64,000 bases of DNA from Callorhinchus milii (taxonomy: Eukaryota). Where the stretch lies: the NCBI RefSeq assembly GCF_018977255.1, contig NW_024704742.1, positions 99,450,001-99,514,000 on the forward strand, in the 5' to 3' direction. Below, in pieces: positions 35,637 to 48,222 of the stretch; position 1 is the stretch's first letter; every line of letters begins with the position of its first letter. The notes below the pieces were generated by a model. That model worked only from the letters and a program-made list of their open reading frames with translations. It ran no database searches and was not told the origin of the DNA. A program made the translations under genes and the position numbers.

Positions 35637-38424
35637 CACAGTGAGCTTACTCAGTTCTCCGCCAGGCACTCTGAGAATCGACAGCAGGATAGGGGATGGG
35701 GGCAGCAGGTCCTTGGGAAAAGAGAAGGGCAGAATCCACTGAATGAAGAAGGGACACTGAACAGGTCTGTTCTCTAAAAGAACTAACAAAGTGGCTTCAT
35801 GTGAGAAACTGATTGGAGCAGTGGATTGGATTATTCACTTTACCAAGTGATCAATAATTGTAATAATTAAAATTGATAGCTGCAAATAACATGGCGTGAT
35901 GGCACTGCCAGAATACCGATTGCATATTAGCTGCGGAAATATAGGTAGTGGTGTGGAACACTTATTCTCCAATTTGCTTTTAGCTGTACACAAATTGCTT
36001 TAGCTGTATCCAGCTGATTTAGACCTTTGCCTGGAGGTGCAGTAGATTAATTGGTCGCTACACATTCATTGCTTACAGAATGGATTCTGTAATAGGGGGA
36101 ATTTGTTAATGCCAGTTATAAAATAGCAATATAGTTCTACTTTCCTGCTACCATTTCATTATGAGAAGTTGAAATCTCACAGGCAAATGGAATTGTCTTC
36201 AGTGTTCAATCAGCCAGGAATTCTCATCCATAGGCTCAGAATTTCACCCAGTCTGAGTCTTAAGATCATCATTTTAAAAATTAAGGTCGAGCAGAATTTG
36301 AGAAAATTCTTCAATTCAAACATAATTTTTTGCAGGTTTTTTTTCAGAACGGTGAAAAAACAGCTTACAAATTAAGATTGGATTTAAAAAAATGATAAAG
36401 TTCTGCAAAATCTTAAGACGATGGTCTTAACAACAACAAAAATTAAGTGTAGGGGTGAGGGAAGGCGGAGAGGTGGGAGGGCGACTGAAGATAGGGAGTC
36501 AGCAGGTCAGAGAGGTAGGAGCTGGGACCAGGAAAAATTTCAGGTATCAAGTGGGGACAGAATTGGGCTCAACAATAATAATAATAAATTACATTTGTAT
36601 AGAGCCTTTCACTTGGGGAGGACATCCCAAGGCGCTCAGCATCAACTCTGTACTCAAATGGCTTACTGAGAATCAGAAAACATCCTTCACACAAAGATTT
36701 GAGAGAATATGGGATGCACTGCTACAGAAGGCAGATGAAAAATCAATTGAGATGTTTAAAAGTAAGATGGTGAGATAATGTTCTTGGTACCTACCACCAC
36801 CTAATGTGAGCTCAAACTCACGCTTATCGGATGTAAAATGACCAATTACTTACTGACTGTCCTCCTGGAGTGGGGGGGAGGTAAGTGGGGTCTCCTTGGA
36901 GATAAATTGGCTTCAAGATGACATCTTTAGCAACCGAGTGTCACAATCAAGTGGTCTCGGTCGTGCAATACCTGAGCCAGGGTCTGCACTATTGCAGGGC
37001 ACTGCTGATCACAGCACAGCCAGCCTGGCTCATCAGCAGGTCTTGGAATGGTAGACCAGTCACTGGGGCAGGGACTCCTAGTCAGGTACTGTTAATCCTG
37101 CAAACCGAAGCCCTATTGGGCAGGTTGGTCCTAGCTGGACAAGTTGTGGGGTTTTTTCATGTGTCAGACACCCAGCTGACCCACCCAAAATACTTTGGAA
37201 GTAAGAAAATTAAAGAATATGGAGAAAACATATTGCGTTTATATAGTGCTCTTCACATAGGAAAACGTCTCGGAGCGCTTTGCAGTAATGGGGTCAGACT
37301 CCAAGCAGGTGAGGAAAAGGAGAAGAAATCAGATGAAAAGATTAAGCACGATCTAAAATAATGGCTGAACAGACTTAATGGGCTGAGGGACCGACTCTGG
37401 TTCCTATGTTTGTATGAATAATATCATAATCCTTGCATTTTATTTAATGCTTCACCATGTTTTTGATACATTGGATATCAAAGGATTTTAATATGTTGTG
37501 CAGTGACTGCATTTATAGGCAAATATTTTAGAAACATGGATTCAAGAGGGGAGGGCGAAAACCTAGTGAGCCCAAAAGGAAAGGAAGTAATGAAATCAGC
37601 TTTGTCAGAGTTGGAGTGCATGCAATTTATAGAGAGTGGGTCATGAGCACCAGTCAATTCTAAGTATCTCCAGCAAGTGAAGTGGGCTGGATAATTTGTC
37701 AGTGAGTCATGGTCAGGCTCACAAGTGCAGTTATTTAGCACCATGTGCTGGCCACCACAATTCTATTTATACCACATATTTACACTTTTTTTTAAATGAT
37801 GATCCTTGTAGCAGAGGTATATCTCCATGGCTCGCGGACCACACATGTAGTGTTAGAACAAAGCTGCAAAGGTCTGGCTGGCAAAAGCAGAGTGGCTAGC
37901 TATAACTTGTATGTTAGCACAGTGAAGCAGCATCATAGGCATTACAATTGTGAGGAGTGGGAGATCAGAGATCCAATTCATTCTTTCTTCCTCCCCCATC
38001 CCTAATAGTGAATTGCTGATTTCACATACACGGCTCTGGAATGTGCTGAGAGGCCAAGCGAGGGGGAAATTGGAGAGCTTATTACTGAGACACTGTTGTA
38101 TGACTCCCAGTGGCCGGCTCAGAGGAACGTTGGCAAAAGCCTGGACGGACTTCACCTGGTTTTTGGAGATGGAGATCACCTGCTATGGAGACCAGAGAAA
38201 AAGCTGGAAGGCTTCACATCCTCATCCTCACAAAGAGTCGCTGCATTGCACACTTTTTGTGAACAGACCCAAAAGTTATCAAGTTTGATCTGTGCCGGCT
38301 TGCTGACCTCAACTGCAGCAGAAATAGTGCTCTCTCCTGATCGCTACTCATTGACTGGAAAATGAGCGAGTGTGAATATCAGGTCAGATTTGGGCTTGGC
38401 TGTGATGACTGTACTTTTGGTGCA

Positions 38425-38625
38425 GCAGCTAATGGAATCTGACCTACTAGATCAGAAGATTGTGGGTTCAAGCCCTGCATCGGGACTTTGAACTTACAGT
38501 CTAGACTGACACTCCAGTGCAGTGCTGGTGGAGGGATCACTGTGTGTTAGAAGTGCCATCCTTTGGCTAAGATGTTAAACCAAGGTCCCATTTGCTGTTC
38601 AGGTGGACTATCAATATCTAACGAC
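38425..38625 (+). mobile_element. SINE 5' half (family B head plus central domain)
   Basis: TCAGAAGATTGTGGGTTCAAGCCC (box B), followed by GATGTTAAACCAAGGTCCC..TGTTCAGGTGGA. Confidence 0.7.
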
Positions 38626-39879
38626 GCTACTCAAAGAGCAACATGGGTGACACCAACGGTAGCTCCACCCCCTCACCTATTGCTAGGTGATAGGAGCTTA
38701 TTAATCTCATTAACTCGGCAGTCAAAGAGCCCCTCACATACCAGGCTATGATCACTTTCCACTTGTTTAAGTTTCTTGTAACAATGTCTACCTCTCCTAG
38801 AATATATGAGTGCGACTGAACTGGCGCATATAAAAATCATCAAGTCACGCTAAAGCTTTCAATGTTTGGCTGTCAGGATTTCAGGTCTCAAGTTGTTTAG
38901 TAATTAGCAGTAACAAATAGCACTGGTCTTTATCCCTTTTCCCAGCAATGTCTATTATCCATGGCTGTGTGCAATTGGCTGCTGTGATTCACCTACAATG
39001 CAGTCAATTCACTTTACAGTATATTCTATGAAACGCTTTGAGACATCTCGAAGACGTGATGGGGCACTATATCAAGTGCAAGGATTATATTATATTATTA
39101 AATTCTATTAACCACATGTACTCCAATGTTCAGCACAATTAGACTAGGAAGAACTTCAAGCTTTAATTCAGCTCTGGATGATTCATGAAAATAACTGTGC
39201 TATTGTGTCTTGTATTCACTTTCCAACTTAAATTCACTCCCAAATTTCAAATTGAATTGTCTGCTCATCTCATTATTGTTTAAAGGATGCTGCTGGCAAA
39301 GATTAGCTGCTGTTTTTGCTTTTTGTTTGCATTTGCTTCATTTCTGATCGATTATATTTGTAAAGCACTTTGTGACATTTATTTTTAGATGAAAGGCACC
39401 ATAGAAATGTAAGTTATTATCATGGGAGACAGAGGTTTCTGAAAGAAGTTACAATTGTCTCAGTCTCAAAGAGGAGAAATTCCACCTGTGTCTCGATTTA
39501 TTCTGTATTCTAAGCGTTTCAGAACATCCATAATTTGGCAAATTTCTGAATTCAGTCTCAGCTTGAAGCTGTTTTTCCTGTAATTTACTAAAATATGCTC
39601 TGAAATGCTACACAAATTGAGTAAATCTAGATCCAGGTGGAATTTCTGCCCCAAGTACTTTTATTGGGAGTTAGTTCTATATCTACCACTCTACGGAGGA
39701 AAACATTTGTTTCTAAGCTCTAACCTTCTTTAAGAATTGAATTTTAAAAAGTAATATACTCTGGTTCTGCTCTCATCACCAAATAACGTGCTAACATTTG
39801 CTTTTCCACGTGTCCGAACATTCTAAATATTTGACTTATATTTAACTCTGTTGGATTACAATTCCATGGGCGTGAGACG

Positions 39880-40170
39880 TGCTTTGGTACTTTGCCCAAT
39901 TGACCATTATTCATGTGTGAGCCTTGACAATGAGGATGTTGGCATTCTAGTAGAGTGTCAAGTCAATTGGGTATGACAGTCAAGCCCAATCCTGTCCTCA
40001 CATTTGTATCTCCAGACAAGTAGTCTCTGTAGCAGTAAGCCTGGGTGATTTTTCTTTCAGTAACCCAGAAGCGCTGAGGTCAATGATAATATCCTGCTGT
40101 CCAGCTGAGGTCAGATAGCTGAGTGGAGCCCAGTATTTAAGCCTGCGACTTTCCTAACTGAATGGCCTTG
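39880..40170 (-). mobile_element. Old unclassified SINE-like repeat (family C)
   Basis: The motifs ATTATTCATGTGTGAGCCTTGA, AGCCCAATCCTGTCCTCAC and CAGCTGAGGTCAG..AGCT recur in degenerate form at ~720-830, 18520-18720, 19930-20160, 32900-33200 and 38285-38410. Confidence 0.5.
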
Positions 40171-41874
40171 TTCTATCTTTAGCAAGTAGACAGGATATAA
40201 GCAGAAACTTTAAGCACAGATCTGTCTTACACCATCATAGAAGCATGTCGTTCTTTTAATGGCTGGACTCCAACTGAAAGTTTCTCCTTCACAATGTGTT
40301 TAAGGGATTGTTAATGTTTAAAGGAAATTTTGCATGTACAAACCAAGCAGTCAATGAAAGTGAAGAAAGTGTGGGGTCAGCAAGGAATCTGTTCATCTTA
40401 TCCTCAGCCCACAGATTCACCACTTTATTTTTCTGTGACAGAACTTCCTTTTTTTAAACAACGTTCACAAAGTGCTGCAATCAATGGTAGAACAATAAAT
40501 CATTTACTGAGCACTCTGCTTGTTGCACTGTGGCTAAATTGCACGGGATGATTGACAGGATTTTTCCCACAGAAGTTACATGGGGTGGCGGGGGGAATGG
40601 GCGATAGGACGTGGCAGTTGGTAGAGTGAGATATGGGGAGAGTACAGTGCTGTGTTTAAAATTGCCACAAAAAGCAGTACAAAAGGAAAGTAAATGGTTG
40701 GTGTTGTATGTGGACTTCAATGAGACGTTGGCCAATGCTGTTAAATTTAATCTTCCAGGATGTCTTACATGAAGAATTAGGTGGCGACATGATGCAATGC
40801 TGAAAGCCTCAACAAAGTCTTAATTTAAAACGAACAGCACTGTTATTGTCAGCAATTCCAGACAGAGGTAATTGATGATGTATTTAACTGTGGCTGCAGT
40901 TCTGCATATATAAATAACACAGCAGTGTAAGGTTTAACCGAGCAAAGATAATTAACAAAAATCAATGCTGAGATCTCTTGTCAGGCTTCCTTCCAATTTA
41001 CATGATACATCAGAAGGAATGGCACTGAGCATTTGAACTGATGCAGGCTTTAGACAATAATGTTGCATCGATTGCTGTAAATGCAATTAGTTTAGCTTTC
41101 TCTTTGACCACAGGTTAAATCAGCAGCGTGTCATTTTTTTAATATTGTAAAAAAGTTACAGCAGACGTCCGATGCTTTGCTCGACAGTGCCGTTTCCATG
41201 GCATCCATTTAGTAGCACACTCCTTGCACTGGTGCTGTGTTACTATGAGCTTCTCAGCACCTGCACCCAAGGGTATGACATTAGCATCAGCGCAGTGTAA
41301 ACAAGGGCCCAAGTGACACCGCAGTCCACCCTTTGGTGACCTGCACACAACCTGTCTCCAGATAACAAGAGACAGACACTGATGTGACAAGCCAACACCA
41401 CAGTACTGCTTCCATTCAGGGCAGGGCAGTGGCCCACTGGATTTGAAGCTGCCAGAAAGCAACAGTAAATGTTTTGAAGCACTCCACGTCTCAATGTAAA
41501 CCAGATCTGAGTTTAAACCAGGTTCAAGGGTAAATCAGTTCCAGGTGAACACCAATAGCAGATAGGATTCTTTCAGCGGTCATCTGAACTAAAGTCCAGA
41601 GAACTGATTACTACAGAGCAGGAAAGGCAACCCAATGACACAAAACTGTGTTTGTTAATGATAAACATGCAGCGTACAGTGCAAATCACTGGTAAGTTTC
41701 ACAGCACTTTGCCAGCTAGAAACAAAGGTGCTCTACCCGCTATGTGCCATGGTTTATAAGACTGAGGTCACATCTGCATTTCCAAGTCACAAGTCACATT
41801 GATGAGCCACACAGGCTGGTCAATCATTAAAAGTACCACGGATTATTGCACACCTACAGATGGACCCCCATATC

Positions 41875-42025
41875 ATAGTAATCCTTGCATTTGATATAGT
41901 GCTTTATCAGGTCATTGAGGCGTCTCAAACCATTTCACAGAATATATTATTAAGTGAATTGACTGTATTTTGTGGGCGAAACAATGCAGTCAATTGTGCA
42001 CAGCAGTGTCCCACAAACAGCCATG
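41875..42025 (-). mobile_element. SINE 3' fragment just downstream of the ZNF608 polyA signal
   Basis: Shared tail and the CAGCAGTGTCCCACAAACAG block. Confidence 0.8.
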
Positions 42026-42109
42026 TACATAATATATATACGTATCCATATCCACAAACTCCTCAGAGCCAGGATATTGGCAAACTATAAAACTCATCAA
42101 CAACAGATG

Positions 42110-43207
42110 TACAAAAACAACTTTTTTTTTATTACAGTAATTCTGATTGCCGAATTATTTAAGGCAAGTGTAAAAAAAGAAAGCATTCAATATACACTTT
42201 ACATAAAATAAACTAGATTACAGCATAAAACAAGTAACCAGGCAACTGCGTAAGTTCTTCCTAAATCTGGTAACTGTAAACATTTAAAACTGTAAGAACT
42301 AGTTCAAGTAATAAACAATCACAGATGTCTTCTTGTTCGGGCGGGTCTGGCAAAGGGGTGAGGGGGGTAATGTAGTCGATTGGATAAACTGCCATTTAGG
42401 ATCATAAAGACATTTTATATTAACAGATGCTCATTATTTTCCATTTCAAACCTGTACACTATATACAGTCGAGACCAGGGCCCCTCAGAGCCTCGCTGCT
42501 TGTATAACCTTCACAATACATGACAATGCAGTGGACGTGTGGATACATGTGAACACAGTTTAGCACACAGATGCATTTAAATAGCGTCAAAAGTGTTTCA
42601 TGGAGCCATTGAGCACACGTTATACACTGTACCAAGTGTCACTGTCACAGTTAGCCTCTCCGAAGGTCTGCCTTGGGGGTGGGGAGGAGGGTAGAAGGGT
42701 GGGGAGGATTGGATCGAGGGAGATGGAAGAGGAAAAATTGATGGTGATGGTGGTGAGGGGGAAAGGGGGAGGTAGGAAAGGAGGTGGGCGGAAACTGTTT
42801 AAAATGTTCCACGCAGTTCAGCACCTTGAACAGTGTGCTCTACAAAAACAGAAACAAGCAATTGTCTTCTTGCTGATAACACTTTTCGGGCAGTCTGGAA
42901 AGGGAGAAGGGACTGCAAATGCAGTGATTTGCCAACAATAACAGACCCTGCTTGTTGGAGCCTGGTTACCGATACAAAAAAAACCCGAAAAGGAACAAAA
43001 AAAAGTAAATATATTTCAACAAAGGTTTTAATTACAACAACATTTGTAACTCAGTTATAAAATTTGCAATTTACAAATATGAAATGACTGGTTCTGCCTG
43101 ACATCAAGGCATTTGAAATTAACACCATGGAACTGATGTCTGTATAAACCTCTTCTTCATGTGAGCCAGTCACATGATTATGATTTTGATGTACAATCGG
43201 GTTGCCA
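42110..43207 (-). other. ZNF608: ZNF608 3'UTR (~1.1 kb)
   Basis: Repeat-free, U/GU-rich sequence after the stop codon, ending at AATAAA followed by GT-rich sequence. The cleavage site is approximate. Confidence 0.75.
42128..42133 (-). terminator. Polyadenylation signal AATAAA of ZNF608
   Basis: TTTATT on the + strand. On the minus strand it reads CTGTAATAAAAAAAAAGTTGTTTTTGTACATCTGTTG, with an upstream UGUA and a downstream GU-rich tract. Confidence 0.7.
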
Positions 43208-43214
43208 TCACTCC
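43208..43214 (-). CDS. ZNF608: ZNF608 terminal exon, coding part (7 nt: G GAG TGA = end of Arg, Glu, stop)
   Basis: The acceptor TTGTTCTCTTACAG| at 43215-43228 followed by GGAGTGA completes ...QRRE*, the C-terminus I recall for ZNF608. Confidence 0.88.
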
Positions 43215-43685
43215 CTGTAAGAGAACAAGCCACAATGATTAGAAAGCGTGCTACTGATCCACTTTGACATTGAAACTAGTTTGTTTCTTGTCATCTATCC
43301 CATCCCCCTTCACGTTTTTTTTAAACCGACACCTGTGCAGAAGGTACTGACTGAAAGTAACAACTGACTGGAATGTGGTGCTGAAAATGCCGGTCACCCT
43401 CTGGTGCTTCAGTACTTTGTCCTCGAGAAATGGTCATTCTTTGTACAGGAGCCTAGACAGTGAACGTCAGCAGATAATAGTGTGTGTATATGTGCGCGTG
43501 TTGTTTATTTATATAGTATGATTCCGTGTTTTGGATTGATAAGATTGGACACAGTGGTCTAACAAGTCTGCAAAATAAAAATGGCCATCGCTGACAGAGC
43601 CAGCGACCATTCTCATGGTACAGTGTCGATCCACAATCTACCCGGGTTATAAACACACTCACACTATAATGCGGTTGGATATCAG

Positions 43686-43830
43686 TATGTCTGTGTGTGT
43701 GTATGTATATATACACGTGCGTCTGTGTGTGTGTATATATATATATATATATGTGCGTGTATTTATAATATATATATATATACACACATACACGTGTATA
43801 CACATACACACACACACACACGTGTGCATG
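43686..43830. repeat. Compound (TG)/(TA)/(CA) microsatellite in the last ZNF608 intron
   Basis: Directly visible alternating purine-pyrimidine tract. Confidence 0.95.
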
Positions 43831-44605
43831 CCCAATCCAATCCTGTACTGACGATCACTGGTCTGTCCAGAGTCTGCCGATTTCACTTTAGCTGGCAGTG
43901 CAGATAATATAGTGATTTTTGGAAATTGGATGTTGGGTGGAAACAGGAGCCCTGAAATTCCACTACAACCATTTTGTCTTAAAATTTGAGATTGTGCAGA
44001 TTTGTGGAAAATTCTTAAAATCAGGCCTAATTTGGAAGCAGGTCAGGACCTCTCTGCTGCAGAAAAACAACTTCCAAATTAACAGTGAATATAAGAATTT
44101 CCCCACAATTTTGCACAGGGACAAATGTTAAGAGAACATGGTCTTACAGGCTGAGACTGTGTGGTTTTGTGGGCCTGGGATTGGGTTCAGTTGTGCAAAC
44201 CCCTTCACTATAAGCTAACACAGGCTGTGGGCACCAATGGGAGCCCCAAGCTAGCATTGATGCCAACAGGAAACGAGGGGAGCATGTTGCAGGAGAAATA
44301 GAATAAAGCATCAAGGAAGAAATTGTTTTTAACACAGAAACACAAAAGAACCGAAATTCTACCTAGCCATGTTTCGCAAAACCATTCGTTCGGTCTTAAA
44401 ATTTAAGATCAATGTAGACGTTCTGCAAAATTCTTTAATTTGAAAGTTGTTTCTTCACTGTTTTCCAAATCAAGACTGAATTTAGTAATTATCTACAATT
44501 CTCTGCAATGTTATAGCAGACTGGCTTCACAGGCTTAGACTAGGTGGAATTTTGGGGCTTCAAGTGACAGAGTTGCTTAAGATGTCATCTGAAAAAAAAC
44601 CTTAC

Positions 44606-44687
44606 CTTCTTTGTGCAGGATAAATGCCTGATGCAGAAGCCTGTGCAACCGCCTGCTGACTAGCAACAATGGCAGCGGAGGTCAGCC
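44606..44687 (-). CDS. ZNF608: ZNF608 penultimate coding exon (82 nt), (G)LTSAAIVASQQAVAQASASGIYPAQR(R)
   Basis: Resembles the recalled ZNF608 C-terminus ([21 protein letters not shown]..QRRE). Acceptor TCTCTCAG| with a polypyrimidine tract, donor |GTAAG at 44601-44605. Confidence 0.93.
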
Positions 44688-44794
44688 CTGAGAGAATTGA
44701 AGAAAGGACAGAAAAGAGGGGAAACTTGGTTAAAACTTCAGCATCCCTCAGCAACAACAGTTGTCATGTAAAAGAGCATGTCAAAGTACTAAGC

Positions 44795-44912
44795 TGCTGC
44801 TTTTGCCTACAAATACACAGTCACTACACTTCACAGTAAATTCCTGTGAAGAACTTGGAGATGCCTCGATGATGCAATAAGACACTATATCAAATGCAAG
44901 TTTTTTTATTAT
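44795..44912 (+). mobile_element. SINE 3' fragment
   Basis: ACAGTCACTACACTTCACAGT..CACTATATCAAATGCAAG tail. Confidence 0.7.
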
Positions 44913-45019
44913 TTATCTCACGAAATGAGAATAATTGGAAGTGATTATTCTTACGTAGGTAAACATCTGCCTACGTTAATCTGCATCAGCAACATCAATA
45001 AGACTAATATTATATTATA

Positions 45020-45360
45020 ATTATTATTATAATAATGACAATAACAACAACAATGCTTGCATTTGATATCGTGTCTCAACGTGCTTACGCAGGATTCTGT
45101 GTAAAGTGTAGTGATTGTATTTTGTAGGTGTAACAGCGCAGTCAATTTGTAATGTTACAGAAAGAGTCATGAAGTGAATGACCAATTTTATTTGGGGAAT
45201 TATTGGCCAGGACACCGGGAGAAATTGCCTTCACTTTCAAGTAGTGCAATGGGATCCTTAATGACCGCATGAACAGGCAGACAGGACCTTGGTTTAATGT
45301 CTTATCCGAAGGATTGCACCTCTGACGATGCAATGTTAAAGTGCCAGCCCCTAGACTATA
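45020..45360 (-). mobile_element. SINE (family B) in a ZNF608 intron
   Basis: Shared tail and central TTGGCCAGGACACCGGGAG..GAACAGGCAGACAGGACCTTGGTTTAA block. Confidence 0.8.
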
Positions 45361-46447
45361 TGAGAAAGACAGTGTAGTAACATTGGATCTACATTGCTCA
45401 TTATCAGAAATGTTATACTTTGAAGTCATTACCCGGGCGTATCGACTAATCCCAAAGCAGCTATTGCATTTATAGCACTCGCTGGTGAAGCCTTTCCTGC
45501 CCTCCTTCCCTGTCCCAAATAGTGATGATCAAAAGACATTGTCTGCATTACTTCCAGATTCAACAACATCTGAATTCCATCAAAGTCAAAGCAAAGTTTG
45601 TTCGTCTGAAGTCTGAATGGTCAGAAGCCCAGAAGAGAAAATAATAAAAAAAACAATTGACGGAACATTACATTCCTAGCAAAGTATGCACTCATTATCC
45701 CTCCCTACTCCCGCCACACGCCATTTGTGGTGAAAGGAACAAGCTCCAGGCAATCACAACAGTCGTTTTTGTGAATTCTCCCCTATCTTCTTCCTAAAGG
45801 AAATGACTGAACGCTGAGCTAAGGGTTTATGGGCATCAGCCAGCCAATTGCAACTCTGGCCAATGTTTCCCCCGTCGCAGAGGCCCTGAAGCCATTTAAA
45901 ACATCGTTGCCAGAGATCAGTTTACATGATAGCACCAACCCGGCAATCTTCTTGGTGCCATGGCTGTTTTAATCCTGACCGGTGGCTTTATAAAATGAGA
46001 AATCGTGGGAAATGGCGACTCTTGTTCATAAACAGGTACCGAGGAAATGTTCAACAGCCGCCCACCAGAGCATCCCTACTGGCTCTATGCTGCTCCACAG
46101 CAGGTCAGATATTTTCAAAGAAGTGGTGGGGGCATGGGAAATAAGTAAGCAAATGGCCCATCATTTGGTGGCGCCACCTATTCGTTTAGCGACATACTGT
46201 GACACCGTGCTGCACCAAAACCACAAAGTATAACAGCCTTGAGCTCTCGAGTTCATATCGTAAAACGATTTGAATCAACGAGGAATAAAAGGTTTACTTG
46301 CAGCAACAGATATTGATCATTTGTTAATGTCAATGCAAAGTGGGCACAAAACATGGCCACATCTTAAGCTGCGGGATACGTACCCACAAATAAGCAGGTA
46401 CATCCCGGATTGCTGATGCTGTTTTCAATCTTTTTTTTATGTACAGC

Positions 46448-46560
46448 AATAATAATAATCCTTGCATTTGATATAGCGCCTTATCAAGTCTTCGAGACGT
46501 CTCAAAGCGCTTCACAGAATATACTGTAAAGTGAATTGACTGTATATTTTGTGGGTGAAA
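46448..46560 (-). mobile_element. SINE 3' fragment just downstream of a ZNF608 splice donor
   Basis: Near-consensus tail (AAT)nCCTTGCATTTGATATAGCGCCTTATCA..GTGAATTGACTGTATATTTTGTGGG. Confidence 0.85.
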
Positions 46561-46586
46561 TAAAGATGGTCGGGTTGAGTTAGTAC

Positions 46587-46746
46587 CTTGATATGGGTCA
46601 TATTGGCCTGGGATTAGCGGATAACCCATTCCGACATGCGTGTGGTGGTGCGTGTGAACGTGCCGCTGTGCAAAAGGCGAATGGCGTTCCCGTTCCCTCT
46701 CCCGTTCGGCGTCTCTTTCCCGCTCAGGAGGAGCCTTTTCGGCCGG
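46587..46746 (-). CDS. ZNF608: ZNF608 coding exon (160 nt), [53 protein letters not shown](G)
   Basis: Family-typical HxHTHHHTH motif. Acceptor TTTTTGTAG| at 46747-46755, donor |GTACT at 46582-46586. Phase 0 in, phase 1 out. Confidence 0.95.
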
Positions 46747-47019
46747 CTACAAAAAGGCAAAAAAAACACGCATTAGGAATTGTGCGTTTCTCTAGAATTA
46801 GACTGATTACAATATAAATTGCCATTTCCAACTCACTGCACCAAGTATCAATCATTTAGCTCTTATGCTTGGATTAAAACGAGCCACTTAAAACAGGACG
46901 CTCGCAAACGGAATCACAAAGCCAAATATTGGCTTGTGAGTTTTTCTCCCGGCGGAACAATAAATATAAATTACAGCTTTTATTTGAATAAGAAGCTAAA
47001 GGAGTATTGGGAACGCAGA

Positions 47020-47545
47020 ATCAAAAGAAATTATAACACAGGATGCGATTCAACCCATTGAGCTGTCTGCTCCAGTCCCACTTTTCTGCCATTTCCTCCA
47101 CCCCATCCCCTCTTCCATATTGTTGCTCAAACACATTTAATTGCTTTGCAAATGCTATTACAGTCTTAGCTTCAGTAGCAACCTGTGGCAACAGATTCCA
47201 AGTCCTATCAACCCTCTGTGAGAAACATTCCTTCTGACTTGCCCCTTAACTCGGGTGGCAATCCTGAGCTAATGCCCCTTGTTATTGATTCAGTAACCAG
47301 CAAGAATAATCTCTCACTGTTTGACCTCTCAAAACCCTTCAGAATTTTGAAGGCCTTTAGCATATTTAGCATATTCCACTCTCAATCTTCTCAGCTACCA
47401 TAAAAACAACATTTTGCAGTCTGCCCTCCTCACTATAACCACTTCTATCAGCTCAATAAATCTACACTGTGAAGTCCGTTCTATAATGGGGCACCCTGAA
47501 CTGAACAGAACAACCCCAACTGCAGCCTCCTCTAAGCCTTGCATA
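47020..47545 (-). mobile_element. Degenerate CR1 3' fragment in a ZNF608 intron
   Basis: Similar to the reverse complement of the CR1 at 10859-11324 (CAGATTCCAAGTCCTATCAACCCTCTGTG, CTCAAAACCCTTCAGAATTTTGAA). Confidence 0.65.
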
Positions 47546-48049
47546 TTTAGGATCGCTCCTGAGTCAGTAATTCATGCTAACTCTGTTTTTTCCTTGCAGG
47601 GGGTGCTCAAATATCTTGCAACAATGCTGGAAACCTCAAACAGAGGAATCGTCGATTCCTGCTGTGGTTCAGCTGTTCGCCATTGTGGAGCCTCGCTTAC
47701 ATTTTGTTTCAAAACAAAAAAACACTTAGAAAAAAAAAAGCCGTCTCCAAAACTGTGTTTTCAGATGGCTTTCCAAAAATAAACTGGGAATAAAAGAAAA
47801 GCTGGGTGTTAATAATTGATTATGTCGAGCCTGTCTTTTATTTCTAGCACACACTGTGTATGCCTTTGTCTTCAGAGTTTTACAAATGTGGCAAAACATG
47901 CATGACACAGTGTCAAAGCCAATTATAAATTACCAGATTTATGCCGGAGTTTATTGCAGTGCTGAATTTTTATGATGAAGCAAGCCTATCGCCTGTGCAG
48001 TGAATCCAAGCTTAAAAGATCTTGGCAGGACCGTGGCCCCCCTACTTAC

Positions 48050-48222
48050 CCCCGGAGACTTGCTGCGGTACTGACTGGCGTGCTGCTGAAGGAGGTCCAG
48101 AGCCTTGGATTCAGCCGCTGGTTTACTGCTCACACTGGGACTTGGGCTGGATTTCTCAGTTTCCTCTCGGCTGGCCATCTTCCCGTACACTGGGTAGTGA
48201 AAGCCTGGAGAGAGATATGCCC
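48050..48222 (-). CDS. ZNF608: ZNF608 coding exon (173 nt), (G)[20 protein letters not shown]...[20 protein letters not shown]
   Basis: Contains the conserved ALDLLQQHA motif. Acceptor CTCCTCAG| at 48223-48230, donor |GTAAGT at 48044-48049. Phase 1 in, phase 0 out. Confidence 0.96.

Noticed and set aside
1..42000. Numerous 60-160-aa ORFs in the downstream region as host genes
   Set aside because: They have no coherent exon chain or recognisable domains apart from TE fragments, and their lengths and composition fit chance ORFs.
46330..46629. 99-aa ORF suggesting SINE exonisation into ZNF608
   Set aside because: It is read-through of the exon donor at 46586 into an intronic SINE tail. The normal splice to 44687 restores the conserved C-terminus, and there is no evidence the read-through is used.
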